A stretch of DNA of 64,000 bases from Eledone cirrhosa (GCA_964016885.1 OZ024747.1:66340001-66404000); one strand, 5' to 3'; shown: positions 12,366-25,422, numbered from the stretch's first letter. Notes: generated from the letters alone by a model not told the origin. Program-made: numbers and translations.

Positions 12366-12569
12366 GAACATGAATTGATGTATGACATACCACAACAGTC
12401 TTGATGGTTAAATTCCAGTATTGGCTGTCATATATGATAATATTCTGAATTGAATAATATTAATAACTCCAGAAAACCTTTTTGTAGAGTGCTTTTCATC
12501 TATTGTAAAACTATATTCATTGAGTAATCAATGAACCATATTAATCTTTGGTTATATATATATATATAC

Positions 12570-12604
<35 letters not shown>

Positions 12605-12607
<3 letters not shown>

Positions 12608-13128
12608 ATTAGAATACTGGAGCGTGTTTGAGTCAAACACCCTCTTCGTATTATAGAAATGACAGTAAAAGGTATAGCTCAATGCAGTTAAACAGAGCCA
12701 AAAAATTAAGAGAGTAAAACAAAGAATCCTTTAATACATCAAAAGTTTTTATTAGCCGACAATGTTTCGTCCTATTAAGGACTCATCAGGGCAATCAAAA
12801 CAACAAGAGGTAATATCGGCAGATACAAGCCAGAAACTCTGAAGAATATGGAGTGTACATACACTAATGTCTTGCAAAGATATACGATAATAAAAATGAA
12901 AATAAAGATAAAAATAATAAAATTATAATAACTAAGGATGTAGATAACATTAAGAACCATATTACAAATATAGTCCAAAGCCACCAACATAAATCTAAAC
13001 AAATTTGGTTATATAGAGCAGGAATTATATATAACACAATATAATACATTATAATAATAATATATATATACCAACATTAAAATTCCAAATTAAAAATCAA
13101 AAGGTACAATATATACATGTATATATGT

Positions 13129-13171
<43 letters not shown>

Positions 13172-15665
13172 ACAATATACATATCTATGTTCTATTACAC
13201 AGAAATTAAGCCCTATTAGAAGTTTGAATATTAAAAATAAGCATGGTAATAGTGAAAATAATACTAATACATCTACCCAATATACATGAGGCAATAATAT
13301 GATATAATTACAAGAAACACTTATAACAAATAATAAACAACAAAATTATATAATTCAATACAATATAATAAAGTAGAATAGATAATCCCCGGTTAATTTA
13401 CAGAAACAATATAGATGTCACAATGAAATACAATGATAAAATGTTAACATTATATTAACAAGTACCATAAACAATATGTACAAAATGATTCATACTGGGT
13501 TACATAATAAATGAGGAAATATAAATCATATAATATAATACTCAAAAAAACTATAATGGTACAGGGAAAAATTATGATGTTACAGAAAAAATATGATGTT
13601 ACAGAAAAAAATATACAGACATCTAACATGATATGTAAAGTCTAAATATCATAATGTTACATATTACAATATTAAAATATTAAAAAATCCAGACATCTTA
13701 CATGATATATAAAGTTTAAATATCATAATGTTATATATAATAAACGGTAAGTAATAAGGATCTATATCATAATGTAATATATTTTAAAATTGGCATAAAA
13801 TATATAAATACTTATAATTACAAGGTTAGTAGACAGACATGTGTGGGTGAGTGAGCGAAGCCTGACAGTGAATAGTAAATAGAATATAGAATAAAACAAA
13901 TAAATACAATCAACCGGAAATTACAAAACAAAAGCAAATGTATACACATTTAGGCCTCGCGTGCATTAAGAAATTAGGTAAACACCAAGGAAAGCGATCA
14001 TTTTAAATGACTCCAAACCCTATCTGATAAATTAATATTTAAAATATCGAACCCATCCGATAAGGTAGTATAATATTAGCTATAGTTTAAGTCATTAAAG
14101 TATATAAACTTTAATGTATCATTACAAATGTTTACAAAAAGGAATAAAATTACACTATCATATACGCAACGATATCTAAAAAACTGACTTAAGTAGAGTT
14201 AAGGTAGGCTAATGGGGACAGAATTGACAAAATATATGGAGGGTGCGAAGTGGCATAAAATATATTCGATATACTATAATAAATAATAGAACGGAGTATA
14301 AAAGAGGGGGGGGTTAAATATAATCATATTCAATCTGGAGGGGTTGACAATAAGTTTATGTGTGCATGGGGGGAGAAAAGGGGGGGTGTCGATAGATAAA
14401 TCAGAATAGACTTAGAAATAAAAATAGAATTAAAAATAAAAATAAAAATAAAAATAAAAATAATATTAAAATTAAAATTAAAGTTAATAATAATAAAAAA
14501 ATATAAAGATAATAATAGAATAACGTAAGTGGCGTAAAGTGTGTAATCTTATGTATACTAACAAGGTGTAATAGTGAAGACATAGATATGGTACAGTGGC
14601 CAAATGATTATGAGAGCTAGAATGAAGAGTCATCAAAAACCAATGATAACATTAATGTTGGCAAACAAAAGACCCAAACAAGAAACTAAGTAATGGAATA
14701 TATCTGCTAATGGGTACAATTTGTACTACTAGAACATTTAGGTTTATAATAAAAGTAAGAATTAGAAATGGCATGGGGGCAAGAAGAGAATATCTCAGAT
14801 TTCTATTCAGTAAGGGTACGCTAGAGAAAATAATAGAGTGTGTCTCAAGTATACAGAGATTACAAAACTTACTATGTGCAGAAAGGTGGTTAGATCGTGC
14901 TACTAAACTCCAGTTAAGGCTATATGGTATATAAGCTCCCTTAAGATCCCAGATATAATGCGCTAGAGAGGTAGAATTCTTAAACCTAACATGTTTGAAG
15001 TTAGAGATATGAGAGTTAAACCTAGTCTTAAAAGTGTTTGAAGTAGATCCTATATACGTTCTTTTAGAGGAATTAGTTATAACCTCGCAAGCATAGACAA
15101 TGTTCTTAGAAAGGCAGTTACCGTTTAGAGGGCAGTTAGCACTCACTCTACAATTGCACTTCCGGGTGTTATTGGTTGGCTCGAGTGGTGATGTATTGCA
15201 CGTAGGACCTCTATTAGATAAGGACTGTTTTGGTGGTAAAGCATTGTCCGATGCATTCAGACTAGTAGTATGTAGAGAGGAGAATCCATCCCTAATTTTC
15301 CTATTATTAGTGCTAGCTAAATGAGAACTAATATTAGGGGTGGTAGAGAATGAGAGTTTAATAACATTTTTATTAAAAATACCATGGTATTTGTGAGAAG
15401 GGGGGAAATTTTTCTCCAAGATAGTGAAGAAAGACCTAGGGATATTAGTTGATACATCCTGATTATATGGCGGGTTGAAATAAGTATTCAATCGCCTTCT
15501 ATTTTTATTTTTATTCTTATCGACCCTACCTCTATCAAATGTCCCACCGTCGAGACTAGGGTTACTATCGGGAATAGTTGAAGCCACATTCATAGAATCA
15601 GCCATAATTTCGTTATGCCTATTATAGTTTATAGAATCAGCCATAATTTCGTTATGCCTATTATA
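12605..15665 (-). mobile_element. 5'-truncated Hydra-like PLE (GIY-YIG part of ORF 14652-15644, ~2-kb 3' UTR, HHR)
   Basis: YFNPPYN, CNCRVSANC linker, IVYAC..YIG..FKTRFNSH and CNLC. A frameshift falls near LLNR/KSEIFSSCPH. The 3' boundary is approximate. Confidence 0.85.
12751..12795 (-). ncRNA. Type I hammerhead ribozyme, canonical core
   Basis: attgcc-CTGATGA-gtcc ttaata ggac-GAAA-cattg-TC-ggctaat, with a GUC site. Confidence 0.9.
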
Positions 15666-15771
15666 TATACTATATATATATTATTATATATATATACTAT
15701 TATATATATACTATTATATATATATACTATTATATATATACTATTATATATATATACTATTATATATATAC

Positions 15772-15829
<58 letters not shown>

Positions 15830-15879
15830 TGGTGCGTTATGGTCCACCTGGTTCCTTACCACATTTCCTCCGTTATATA

Positions 15880-15922
<43 letters not shown>

Positions 15923-15926
15923 TATG

Positions 15927-16008
<82 letters not shown>

Positions 16009-16126
16009 TATTATATATATATATACTATTATATTTATATATATATATATATATACTATTATATTTATATATATATATATATATATATACTATGATATAT
16101 ATATATATAAATATATATATATATAC

Positions 16127-16204
<78 letters not shown>

Positions 16205-16236
16205 TATGATATATATATATATAAATATATATATAC

Positions 16237-16298
<62 letters not shown>

Positions 16299-16430
16299 TT
16301 ATATATACATATATACTATTCATGGCTTCTAACTAATTCACCAATCTCTCCTCTCCTATCTCCATCTCTCTCTTTAAGATTGGTTACTCTTGAACTGTGT
16401 ATACATATATACTACTATATATATATATAT

Positions 16431-17190
16431 CGTTTCTGAATTTGTTTAGCAAGATTCTTTATCTGAAATCGTGTGTTGAAACCGATATTGTTATACTTTG
16501 GGAGGGTCATGTTGCCAATAAGAAACACACGCACCAGTTGCTTTCACTTCAATTTATTATATATTTATAAATTTATAAATTTACAAATCTACAAACTTAT
16601 AAATTTCTGGTTGGTTGGTTGGTTCCACAACCAGATAGTTGTTTATATATAGTCATAGTCCTTTCGTCACACACTCTGTGACCTCTTCAGTGACTGGGGA
16701 TTCCTTTCTTTGTTTCTGTGCCTTTCCTTTCTTCTGTCCTACGCCATTTTGTTTCTGTGTGTGTGTGTGCTCAGTTTGCGCATGCGCCACATCCGGGTGT
16801 CTGTGTGTGTTTGTGTTCATTTATCTATTTGTTTATTTATTTATTGTTGGTTGGTTGTTTGTTCTATGTGTGTGTCTGTTTTCATTTTGTCCTTAATTGT
16901 AAGTTGTGATGTTGCTGTTCCACTCATATTTTCTATTTAATTTTGGTTGTAATTCTTTTATGCTTACTGCCTCTGTAATTTGCCTAAACATTGCATCTTT
17001 TCTGTGTGTGGATTCTATTTTTATTTCTATGTTCTCTAATTTACCCCTGTGTTCTATCTTAGCATGTTGGTAGAGCACAGATGATTCTTTATTATCTTGA
17101 AGGTCTCGCCAGTGTTTATTTATTCGTTCCCCTATACTACGAGCTGTCTCACCTATGTACACTATATTTTTGTTTCTACATTGTCCTTCA
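16431..17190 (-). mobile_element. 3' fragment of Neptune/Nematis-like PLE family B
   Basis: Near-identical to the reverse complement of ~44237-44951. Encodes YIGETARSIGERI..LNRKYEW. Confidence 0.9.
16651..16695 (-). ncRNA. Minimal hammerhead ribozyme (family B pLTR)
   Basis: agtca-CTGAAGA-g gtcaca gagtg tgtgac-GAAA-ggac-TA-tgact. Confidence 0.8.
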
Positions 17191-20072
17191 ACAACAACAA
17201 TAATAACGGTAGTAGTAATATAAACAATAACTCTGGATATAGAAATAACAGCCATAACCACAACAATGGCAGGAAAGTGAGAAATAGTGATAATGGCAAT
17301 AATACTAGCGATAGACGGAACAATAACAACCACAATAATAATAATAATAGAAACGTTAACCACAGACACAGCAACAGTGACCACAGTAGTAATAACGGTA
17401 ACAATACGAACAACAACAACAATAACCACAGTGGTAATAATGGAAATAGTACATGTAGCAACATCAACAAAAACAAGAAACATAATAATAGTAACAACCA
17501 CAATGGTAGAAATAACAGTAACAATAACAACAATAACGGTGAAGTAAACAACAATACATCTAGCAATCATAACAATAATAATAATGCTAATGATAGAAAC
17601 AACAACAACCACCATGATAACAATAATAGCAACACACACAACTATGACGATAGAAATAACGACAACCCCTTAGAGAAACTATTTTTCAACCCAGCTGACA
17701 AAACATATAAGATGGGTAATATCTATCCTACGAGGTTACCCTTTAATAAAAGAGTTTGCATACCACAGCAAATAGATGACGAGACAGAGGCACAGTTCAC
17801 CATAGCTAGAAATAAGATTAGACAAGTGGTAGACAGGTATACTATGAGACAGAGCAGACCAGAGGCCCAACAACTTGGGAGAAAACCTGTAGAAGGCTTG
17901 GTTAGCCTCAAGCAGCGCACAAGGGATGGTGAGGTAGTGTGTCTACCCACAGATAAGTCTGGTAGGATGTCAATAGATAGCATGCCGAACTACATCGAGG
18001 CAATGCAACCCCACATCACCAACACGAGCGAAGTTGCACAACTAACACACGATGGGAGAGAAAAAATCCTCAACGCTCACATGATGATGTGGACTGACAT
18101 CCTAAAGCCAAGCAGACGCACTGCCAACAACTTCCAGGCGTCTAACAATGGCATACCACCCTTGTATGGGCTCCGCAAAGACCACAAGACAGTCGACGAC
18201 CCGACAACAGGACCACTAACAAGACCCGTATGCGGAGCTAATATAGCTAGCAACTACAGGATCTCCTACTTCCTCTCAATGGTTATACTCCCCATAATCA
18301 AGATGTCCCCAGATGTATGTGAAAGTACAGAAGACCTCCTCAGCAGAATCAGTGAGTGCAACAAAAACAGGAGCCTATCCAACTGCATAATAGGCAGCAT
18401 GGATGTGGTGTCACTGTACCCATCCATTAACATTGATTTTGCTGTGAAAAGATGTGTGGAGATGATCATTGAGAGTGAGGTGGAGTTCTGCGACGTCGAC
18501 ACAGACGAACTGGGCCTCCTACTTAGACTTACCTACGACACTGACTACCTAGACAGCCATGACCTTAGATGTTTCTGCCCTAGTAGACCTATAAGAGGTA
18601 GACCCCCCACCATAACCTCAATGGCTAAAAAGACTCCCATAGGAAGGTGGATTGGGTGGACCAAAGCTATACGGACCCCCCAAAACACTGATCAGGTAAG
18701 AAAAATGGTCGCACATGCAATAGGGGCTAGTATCAAAACTACCCTAAAGGGCTACATATTTAAGTTCAATGAGAAAATCTACACCCAAAATGTGGGAGCA
18801 GCCATCGGCGTCAGCATAGCTGGTGATGTTGCCAATCTTTTCATGGTATGGTGGGAAAGGAGACTTAAAGATCTCCTTAATGAAAGCTCCATAGACCTCA
18901 TCATGTACTCTCGTTATGTAGACGATATCAATATAGTTATAAGAACACCCCCACTAGAGAGCACTAACAAGTTTGATTTAGAACGTAGCACGATGGAAAG
19001 CATCCAGCAGATAGCTAATTCCATACACCAGAGTATAACTGTAACTATCGACTTCCCTTCCAAACACCCTAACAATAGACTACCTGTATTAGACACAGAA
19101 CTCTGGATTAACACTATAGACGAGAGAGCCCAAATTCTCCACTCACACTATGCTAAACCCATGGCCTCCAAATACCTGATACTCAAAAACTCAGCAATGT
19201 CCAGTAGTGCTAAGTTTAATATTCTGATCGCAGATTTGGTACGAGTGATGAAGAATGTGTCCAGCATGTGCGACCCAACAGAAATGGAAGGACACATCCA
19301 ACACTTCATCAACCGCATGCAGTTCTCTGGCTACAACCAAAGAGACAGAGTCAGAGTATACGAAGGAGCCATGGAAAAGTATAAGACCCTCATAGAACTG
19401 GACATGAAAGGAATGTGCCCACTATACAGGAGCAAATCATGGAATAGCTTAGATAGGGCTAGACATAAGATAGGGAAGGCCACATCATGGTACGACAACC
19501 AGAGATATCAGAGTGTCATGTTTGTGGACGCCACCCCTGGAGGGAAATTAGCTAACCAGTGTAGAAAGGCCCTGAGAAAGACCCACTTAAAAATAAAGGT
19601 GGTAGAAAAGCCAGGAACCACCATAAAATCCCTGATCAGCAAAACCTACCCTTTTAAGAAAACCCACTGTACCAATAGGAAATGTATCATATGTAAGGTG
19701 AACCCCCGGATAAACTGTAAAACTAGAAACGTAGTCTATAGCATAAGATGTACAGAGGGTACTTGCAGAAACATGACAACAACATACATAGGTGATACAG
19801 CTCGTAGCATAGGTGAAAGGATAGACCAACACTGGGGGGAACTAAAAGGACGAAAAAACGGGTCAGTACTATACGAACATGCTAGACAACAACATGACGG
19901 TAACATAGACAACATAGAAATTAGAATAATATCTAAACATAGGAATGACCCAGCAGATAGGCAAATCAGAGAGGCCAGTGAAATAGAAATTAGAAGACCA
20001 AAGCTAAACAGAAAGAATGAGTGGAACAACAACAACACCCAAACAAACAACACTGACCTAAGAGAAGTATAA
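17097..20072 (+). CDS. PLE RT + GIY-YIG endonuclease, Asn-rich N-terminal region (first ~31 codons are antisense family B)
   Basis: TDKSG, RPVC, SMDVVSLYPSI, GAAIG, RYVDD and LPVLD. The Cys linker CTNRKCIICK..C is followed by VVYSIRC..C..YIGDT..R..H..H. Confidence 0.9.
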   Translation: MKVSPVFIYSFPYTTSCLTYVHYIFVSTLSFNNNNNNGSSNINNNSGYRNNSHNHNNGRKVRNSDNGNNTSDRRNNNNHNNNNNRNVNHRHSNSDHSSNNGNNTNNNNNNHSGNNGNSTCSNINKNKKHNNSNNHNGRNNSNNNNNNGEVNNNTSSNHNNNNNANDRNNNNHHDNNNSNTHNYDDRNNDNPLEKLFFNPADKTYKMGNIYPTRLPFNKRVCIPQQIDDETEAQFTIARNKIRQVVDRYTMRQSRPEAQQLGRKPVEGLVSLKQRTRDGEVVCLPTDKSGRMSIDSMPNYIEAMQPHITNTSEVAQLTHDGREKILNAHMMMWTDILKPSRRTANNFQASNNGIPPLYGLRKDHKTVDDPTTGPLTRPVCGANIASNYRISYFLSMVILPIIKMSPDVCESTEDLLSRISECNKNRSLSNCIIGSMDVVSLYPSINIDFAVKRCVEMIIESEVEFCDVDTDELGLLLRLTYDTDYLDSHDLRCFCPSRPIRGRPPTITSMAKKTPIGRWIGWTKAIRTPQNTDQVRKMVAHAIGASIKTTLKGYIFKFNEKIYTQNVGAAIGVSIAGDVANLFMVWWERRLKDLLNESSIDLIMYSRYVDDINIVIRTPPLESTNKFDLERSTMESIQQIANSIHQSITVTIDFPSKHPNNRLPVLDTELWINTIDERAQILHSHYAKPMASKYLILKNSAMSSSAKFNILIADLVRVMKNVSSMCDPTEMEGHIQHFINRMQFSGYNQRDRVRVYEGAMEKYKTLIELDMKGMCPLYRSKSWNSLDRARHKIGKATSWYDNQRYQSVMFVDATPGGKLANQCRKALRKTHLKIKVVEKPGTTIKSLISKTYPFKKTHCTNRKCIICKVNPRINCKTRNVVYSIRCTEGTCRNMTTTYIGDTARSIGERIDQHWGELKGRKNGSVLYEHARQQHDGNIDNIEIRIISKHRNDPADRQIREASEIEIRRPKLNRKNEWNNNNTQTNNTDLREV

Positions 20073-20640
20073 ATAAGTAAATAAAATAAAATAAAATAAG
20101 ATAAATAAATACATACACAAGCACAATAACAACAAGCACATAAACACACACTAGTCACCCAGCAGACACAACACTATACACACTAGTCACACATCACACA
20201 TAACACTATACACACACGCAAACGCATGCGCAAAGAAAACAAAATAAAATAAGATAAACAAACAAGCAAATAAATAAATAAATATATAGACAGACTGAAT
20301 AAAAAATGGCGTAGAGATACAACACAACAGGAGGAACAATGAATATAACACCACTGACGATGTTGCAGATGTGCAACGAAAGATTTATGTAAATTATGTA
20401 AACTATATATATGTGTTTGTGTCTATATTGTATCTGTATTATTTTTGACCGCCGGTCAGTCAATGGCAACATTGAGGACCGAGTAAGTTAGATCGCAGAT
20501 ATAAAAGACAGCGAGAAGCGAAAACCAACCAAACAGTGAGTGTGTTCAGTTATTAATTCTGGCAATATTACGCAAATATGACCCTCCCCAAATATAAAAA
20601 TATCTGTTTCGACACACGATTTCATATAAAAAACCTCGCT

Positions 20641-20645
<5 letters not shown>
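17189..20645 (+). mobile_element. Neptune/Nematis-like PLE family A, 5'-truncated
   Basis: Continuous reading frame to 20072, then a 3' UTR with an HHR, ending in (TA)n. Confidence 0.9.
20348..20390 (+). ncRNA. Hammerhead motif (family A pLTR), weak stem I
   Basis: ca-CTGACGA-t-gttgca gatg tgcaac-GAAA-gatt-TA-tg. Confidence 0.6.
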
Positions 20646-20675
<30 letters not shown>

Positions 20676-20708
20676 TATTATATATATACTATTATATATA
20701 TATATAAT

Positions 20709-20819
20709 AGTTCAAATCCCGCCGAGGTTAACTTTGCCTTTCATCCTTCCGGGGTCGACAGAATAAAGTACCAGTAATGCATTGGATAATTGCTGGCCTT
20801 GTGCCAAAAGTAGAAACAA

Positions 20820-20820
<1 letters not shown>
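20709..20820 (+). mobile_element. Partial SINE
   Basis: AGTTCAAATCCC...GCCTTTCATCCTTCCGGGGTCGA...AAAGTAGAAAC. Confidence 0.8.
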
Positions 20821-20880
<60 letters not shown>

Positions 20881-20887
<7 letters not shown>

Positions 20888-21550
20888 GTGAGTTTTTTTT
20901 TTACAAAATGAAAAATAACCGAGGTGTCCTACACGAGTGAAAGTATAAAGAAAAAGAGATGAAATCGAAAATGCAACTGGAGTCTTATTTTTAAAAAAAA
21001 TATATATATTTATTTGGTTCCTTTACCGGTTTCGCAGTTCTTCTGCTTTTCAAAAGGTGAGTTGAGATGGAGGGTCTGTAGTTTTTCTCACATCTGGTTG
21101 GTCTCTGAATGTTACTTGTTTTATATGGAAAAAGTGGCTCGAAATGCCAGGTTTTTCGAGAAGTAATTTGATTGGTTTGTCAATAATTATAATAAATTTC
21201 GCGCCAGTTCGCGTTACAATAGTTCTTCAAAAAATAGGGGGGGGGGTTGTCACAGGTTGTTTTTTCATATATGAGTGTTTGAATTTCTTTTTACTTGAAA
21301 AAAGGAGGCTCACGAAGGCTTTTTTGGGGTTGGTTATAAATGAATTTATGGATGTCACGTGAACAAATTTTTATTAAATTGTTGTGCCCTTATTTGGAAA
21401 TCCATTCTCTAGCCTTTTTAGAGAATTTTTTGATAAAAAGATAATGGTCAAGAGAAAGGGATGGGAGAATTGTTCTGGTTCAGTGAGTATGGTTAGTTCG
21501 CTGGGGTGTCAGAATTCAGATTTTCTATTGAATAAAGAAAGTAAAGATAT
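20881..21550 (-). mobile_element. 3' end/pLTR of PLE family G
   Basis: Minus strand begins with LFNRKSEF, like the Hydra C-terminal LLNKKSE. The pLTR recurs at 22631-22868 and 38394-38727. Confidence 0.7.
21020..21057 (-). ncRNA. Minimal hammerhead ribozyme with U3-A8 core
   Basis: cctt-TTGAAAA-gcag aagaa ctgc-GAAA-ccgg-TA-aagg. Confidence 0.75.
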
Positions 21551-21612
21551 GTGTGTTTATTTGTGTGCTTGTGTGTGTGTGTGCGTCTGTGTGTGTGTGT
21601 GTGTTTGAATTT

Positions 21613-21707
<95 letters not shown>

Positions 21708-21827
21708 ATATATATACTACTATATGTATATATACTATTATATATATATATATACTATTATATATATATATATACATATATATATACTATTATACATTTA
21801 TATATATACTATTATATATATATATAC

Positions 21828-21858
<31 letters not shown>

Positions 21859-21948
21859 CTATTTTATATATATACTATTATATATATATATATACTATTG
21901 TATATATATATATACTATTGTATATATATACTATTATATATATATATA

Positions 21949-22258
21949 CTGTTATACTTTGGGAGGGTCATGTTGCCAATAAGAAACACACGCACCAGTT
22001 GCTTTCACTTCAATTTATTATATATTTATAAATTTACAAATTTATAAATTTCTGGTTGGTTGGTTGCTTCCACAACCAGATAGTTGTTTATATATAGTCA
22101 TAGTTCTTTCGTCACACACTCTGTGACCTCTTCAGTGACTGGGGATTCCTTTCTTTGTTTCTGTGCCTCTCCTACCCTCTTTTGTTTCTGTTCTTATTGG
22201 CAACATGACCCTCCCAAAGTATAACAATAAGAATCTTGCTAAACAAATTCAGAAACGA
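21949..22258. mobile_element. Family B pLTR (minus) joined to a short plus-strand pLTR end
   Basis: 21949-22167 matches 16488-16722. ~22190-22258 is the opposite-orientation terminus. Confidence 0.8.
22096..22140 (-). ncRNA. Minimal hammerhead ribozyme (family B)
   Basis: agtca-CTGAAGA-g gtcaca..tgtgac-GAAA-gaac-TA-tgact. Confidence 0.75.
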
Positions 22259-22383
22259 TATATATATACTATTATATATATATATATATATACTATTATA
22301 TATACTATTATGTGTATATATATATATACTATTATATATACTATTATGTATATATATATATATATACTATTATATATATATAC

Positions 22384-22440
<57 letters not shown>

Positions 22441-22465
22441 TACTATTATATATATATATATATAC

Positions 22466-22509
<44 letters not shown>

Positions 22510-22576
22510 TATTATATATATATTTACTATTATATATATATATATACTATTATATATTTATATATATACTATTATA

Positions 22577-22637
<61 letters not shown>

Positions 22638-22767
22638 GTGAGGTTTTTTTTACAAAATGAAAAATAACCGAGGTGTCCTACACGAGTGGAAGTATAAAGA
22701 AAAAGGGATGAAATCGAAAATGCAACTGAAGTCTTATTCTTTTAAAAATATATATATTTATTTGGTT

Positions 22768-22805
22768 CCTTTACCGGTTTCGCAGTTCTTCTGCTTTTCA
22801 AAAGG
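22768..22805 (-). ncRNA. Minimal hammerhead ribozyme, U3-A8 core (family G pLTR 22631-22868)
   Basis: Identical to 21020-21057. Confidence 0.75.
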
Positions 22806-22864
22806 TGAGTTGAGATGGAGGGTCTCTGGTTTTTCTCACATCTGAGAAAAACCACAGACCCTCC

Positions 22865-23154
<290 letters not shown>

Positions 23155-23197
23155 TATTATATATATATATACTGTATATATATATATATATACTATT

Positions 23198-23375
23198 TGG
23201 CAGTATCGGTAGAGAGTCGGACGCCATGCTTTCCAGCATAGTTACGTCCCTTTACTATCTGAGTTCAAATCCCGCAAAGGTTGACTTTGCCTTTCATCCT
23301 TACGGGCTCGATAAAATAAAGTACCAGTAATGCACTGGTTAAATTCTGGCCTTGTGCCTAAAGTAGAAACAATTA
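23198..23375 (+). mobile_element. tRNA-derived SINE
   Basis: TGGCAGTATCGG A-box-like, GAGTTCAAATCC B-box and the shared body. Confidence 0.85.
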
Positions 23376-23732
23376 TATATATATATACTGTATATATATA
23401 TATATACTATTATATATATATATAATGTATATATATATATATTTATATATATATATACTATTATATATATATATACTGTATATATATTTATATATATACT
23501 ATTATATATATATATACTGCGCATATATATATATACTATTATATATATATATATATATATACTGTATATATATATATACTATTATATATATATATATATA
23601 TATACTATTAGGTTTTTGGGTTTTTCATACGTTCCACAAGGGAACGGATGAAAAACCCAAAAGCACGAACTTCATCCGTTTTCATGTCGATTCAATTTGG
23701 ATTGCCTCGGAAACAACCTTATTATGTAACAA

Positions 23733-23806
23733 GCTGTCTGATGATGACACGACACTCGCACACAGAACAGTGTGGCCAGTGTCGTCATTGAAATATATAT
23801 GACAGC
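23733..23806 (+). ncRNA. Hammerhead motif, probably inactive (G at position 17)
   Basis: gctgt-CTGATGA-tgac acgacact..agtgtcgt catt-GAAA-tatata-TG-acagc. It is preceded by a hairpin at 23611-23664. Confidence 0.65.
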
Positions 23807-23875
23807 ATTATTATTAAAGGAGTTGAACATCTGAAACTACTTAGCTTTTCCTTATTCGATATATATACTATTATA

Positions 23876-24484
23876 TGGTGGCTGCCAACTCGTTTTCGAG
23901 TACAGCCACTACTTTATATCCATGTAGGAGAACCCCTACCGATGCGCTGAACGACCGTGACTTTTTAGTCCAGCCAGCGACTTGAAAACTGGTACAAACA
24001 CTACATTTGTGACAATTAGTGACATATAGTGCTGGGCCCATGGTACCATGTGATGACAAGTGCAGAGAGATCTCCAGATATAAAGCAATGCCTGTGCCGT
24101 GAAGCTTTTATAGTGAGCAAAGGCACTGCACAAAGCCAGTCCCACTCTCTTAACCAAGATGATATTTACCAAAAAGAAGAACAAATCAACATTATTGGAT
24201 ACCATCAGGGTTGCAGGTGTTATATCAGAGTTTTCCTTCTCCTAGAATTCTGCCTTGACAAAGGCTAAGGGGGTCATCTCTCCCGGTGATTTTGGATGGC
24301 TATTGACTCTTAAGAGCTCCTTTGCCCTTTGACAGGTTTTGTTTTTAGTCCTGCAGGGTGTCCAAAGTCACCCTCCTCACCAAGAAACCTTGGTGGGGTT
24401 GCCAGTTTAGTCGCCAATGACCCGACCATGAGACAGGTTGTACTGGGATACATGTTACCAGTAGCACCAACTGGTGACCTGACA
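23876..24484 (-). mobile_element. Solo-LTR-like repeat, copy 2 (609 bp, TG...CA)
   Basis: Minus strand runs TGTCAGG...TATAAAA...GCAGCCACCA. It sits in TA-rich DNA and the TSD is not resolvable. Confidence 0.65.
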
Positions 24485-24561
24485 TAAATATATACATAAA
24501 TATATACATAAATATATATACTATTATATATATATATATATACTATTATATATATATATAC

Positions 24562-24620
<59 letters not shown>

Positions 24621-24627
24621 CTATTAT

Positions 24628-24805
24628 TGGCAGTATCGGTAGAGGGTCGGACGCCATGCTTTCCAACATAGTTACCTCCCTTTACGATATGAGTTCAAAT
24701 CCCGCCGAGGTTGACTTTGCCTTTCATCCTTACGGGGTCGATAAAATAAAGTACCAGTAATGCACTGGGTGATTGCTGGCCTTGTGCCTAAAGTAGAAAC
24801 AATTA
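24628..24805 (+). mobile_element. tRNA-derived SINE
   Basis: Close match to 23198-23375. Confidence 0.85.
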
Positions 24806-24818
24806 TATATATATATAC

Positions 24819-24920
<102 letters not shown>

Positions 24921-25353
24921 TATTATATATATATATATATATACTATTATATTTAATACAATAACAGAGATAGCTTAAAGCTAAACTCCGACTGGCAACC
25001 ATCTCACTCAACAAACATTAGGTTATATGTTAGTATAAACCCAATTTAAGTGTTTGGGGTGCTAACTATATGTATTTTGTGGAAAGCCAGTAGTATTATT
25101 TTATGAGATATAATTCAAGTTAAAATACATCTCTCTTTCCAAACAATTGTTTCATTATAAGTTTTCTACAAATTGGGAGAATGTTTCCAGTTTATGTAGA
25201 AGCCTAACATATATTCATGTAAGAATATATTTAGGTGGGCACTTATAAATCTTCAGTGGAAGCCCATTAAACTTTGATATAAGAAAAAAATATATATATA
25301 CTATTATATATATATATATATAAGATCAAAAGATGGTTAAAAGAGTTCCATGC

Positions 25354-25422
25354 ATTTTATTATGCGCATTTCAAAAACAAATATCATCATGCAATAACAT
25401 TTGTGTTTTCATCAGATAAAAT
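25354..25422 (-). ncRNA. Minimal type I hammerhead ribozyme
   Basis: attttat-CTGATGA-aaacacaaat..atttgttttt-GAAA-tgcgca-TA-ataaaat. Confidence 0.75.

Noticed and set aside
17097-17190. N-terminus of the 991-aa ORF, and antisense ORF 16893-17639
   Set aside because: These are read-through artefacts across the family B/A junction. The hydrophobic ORF is antisense of the AAC/AAT-rich region.
23198-23280. tRNA gene
   Set aside because: The A/B boxes belong to the SINE head. There is no cloverleaf and the sequence continues into the SINE body.
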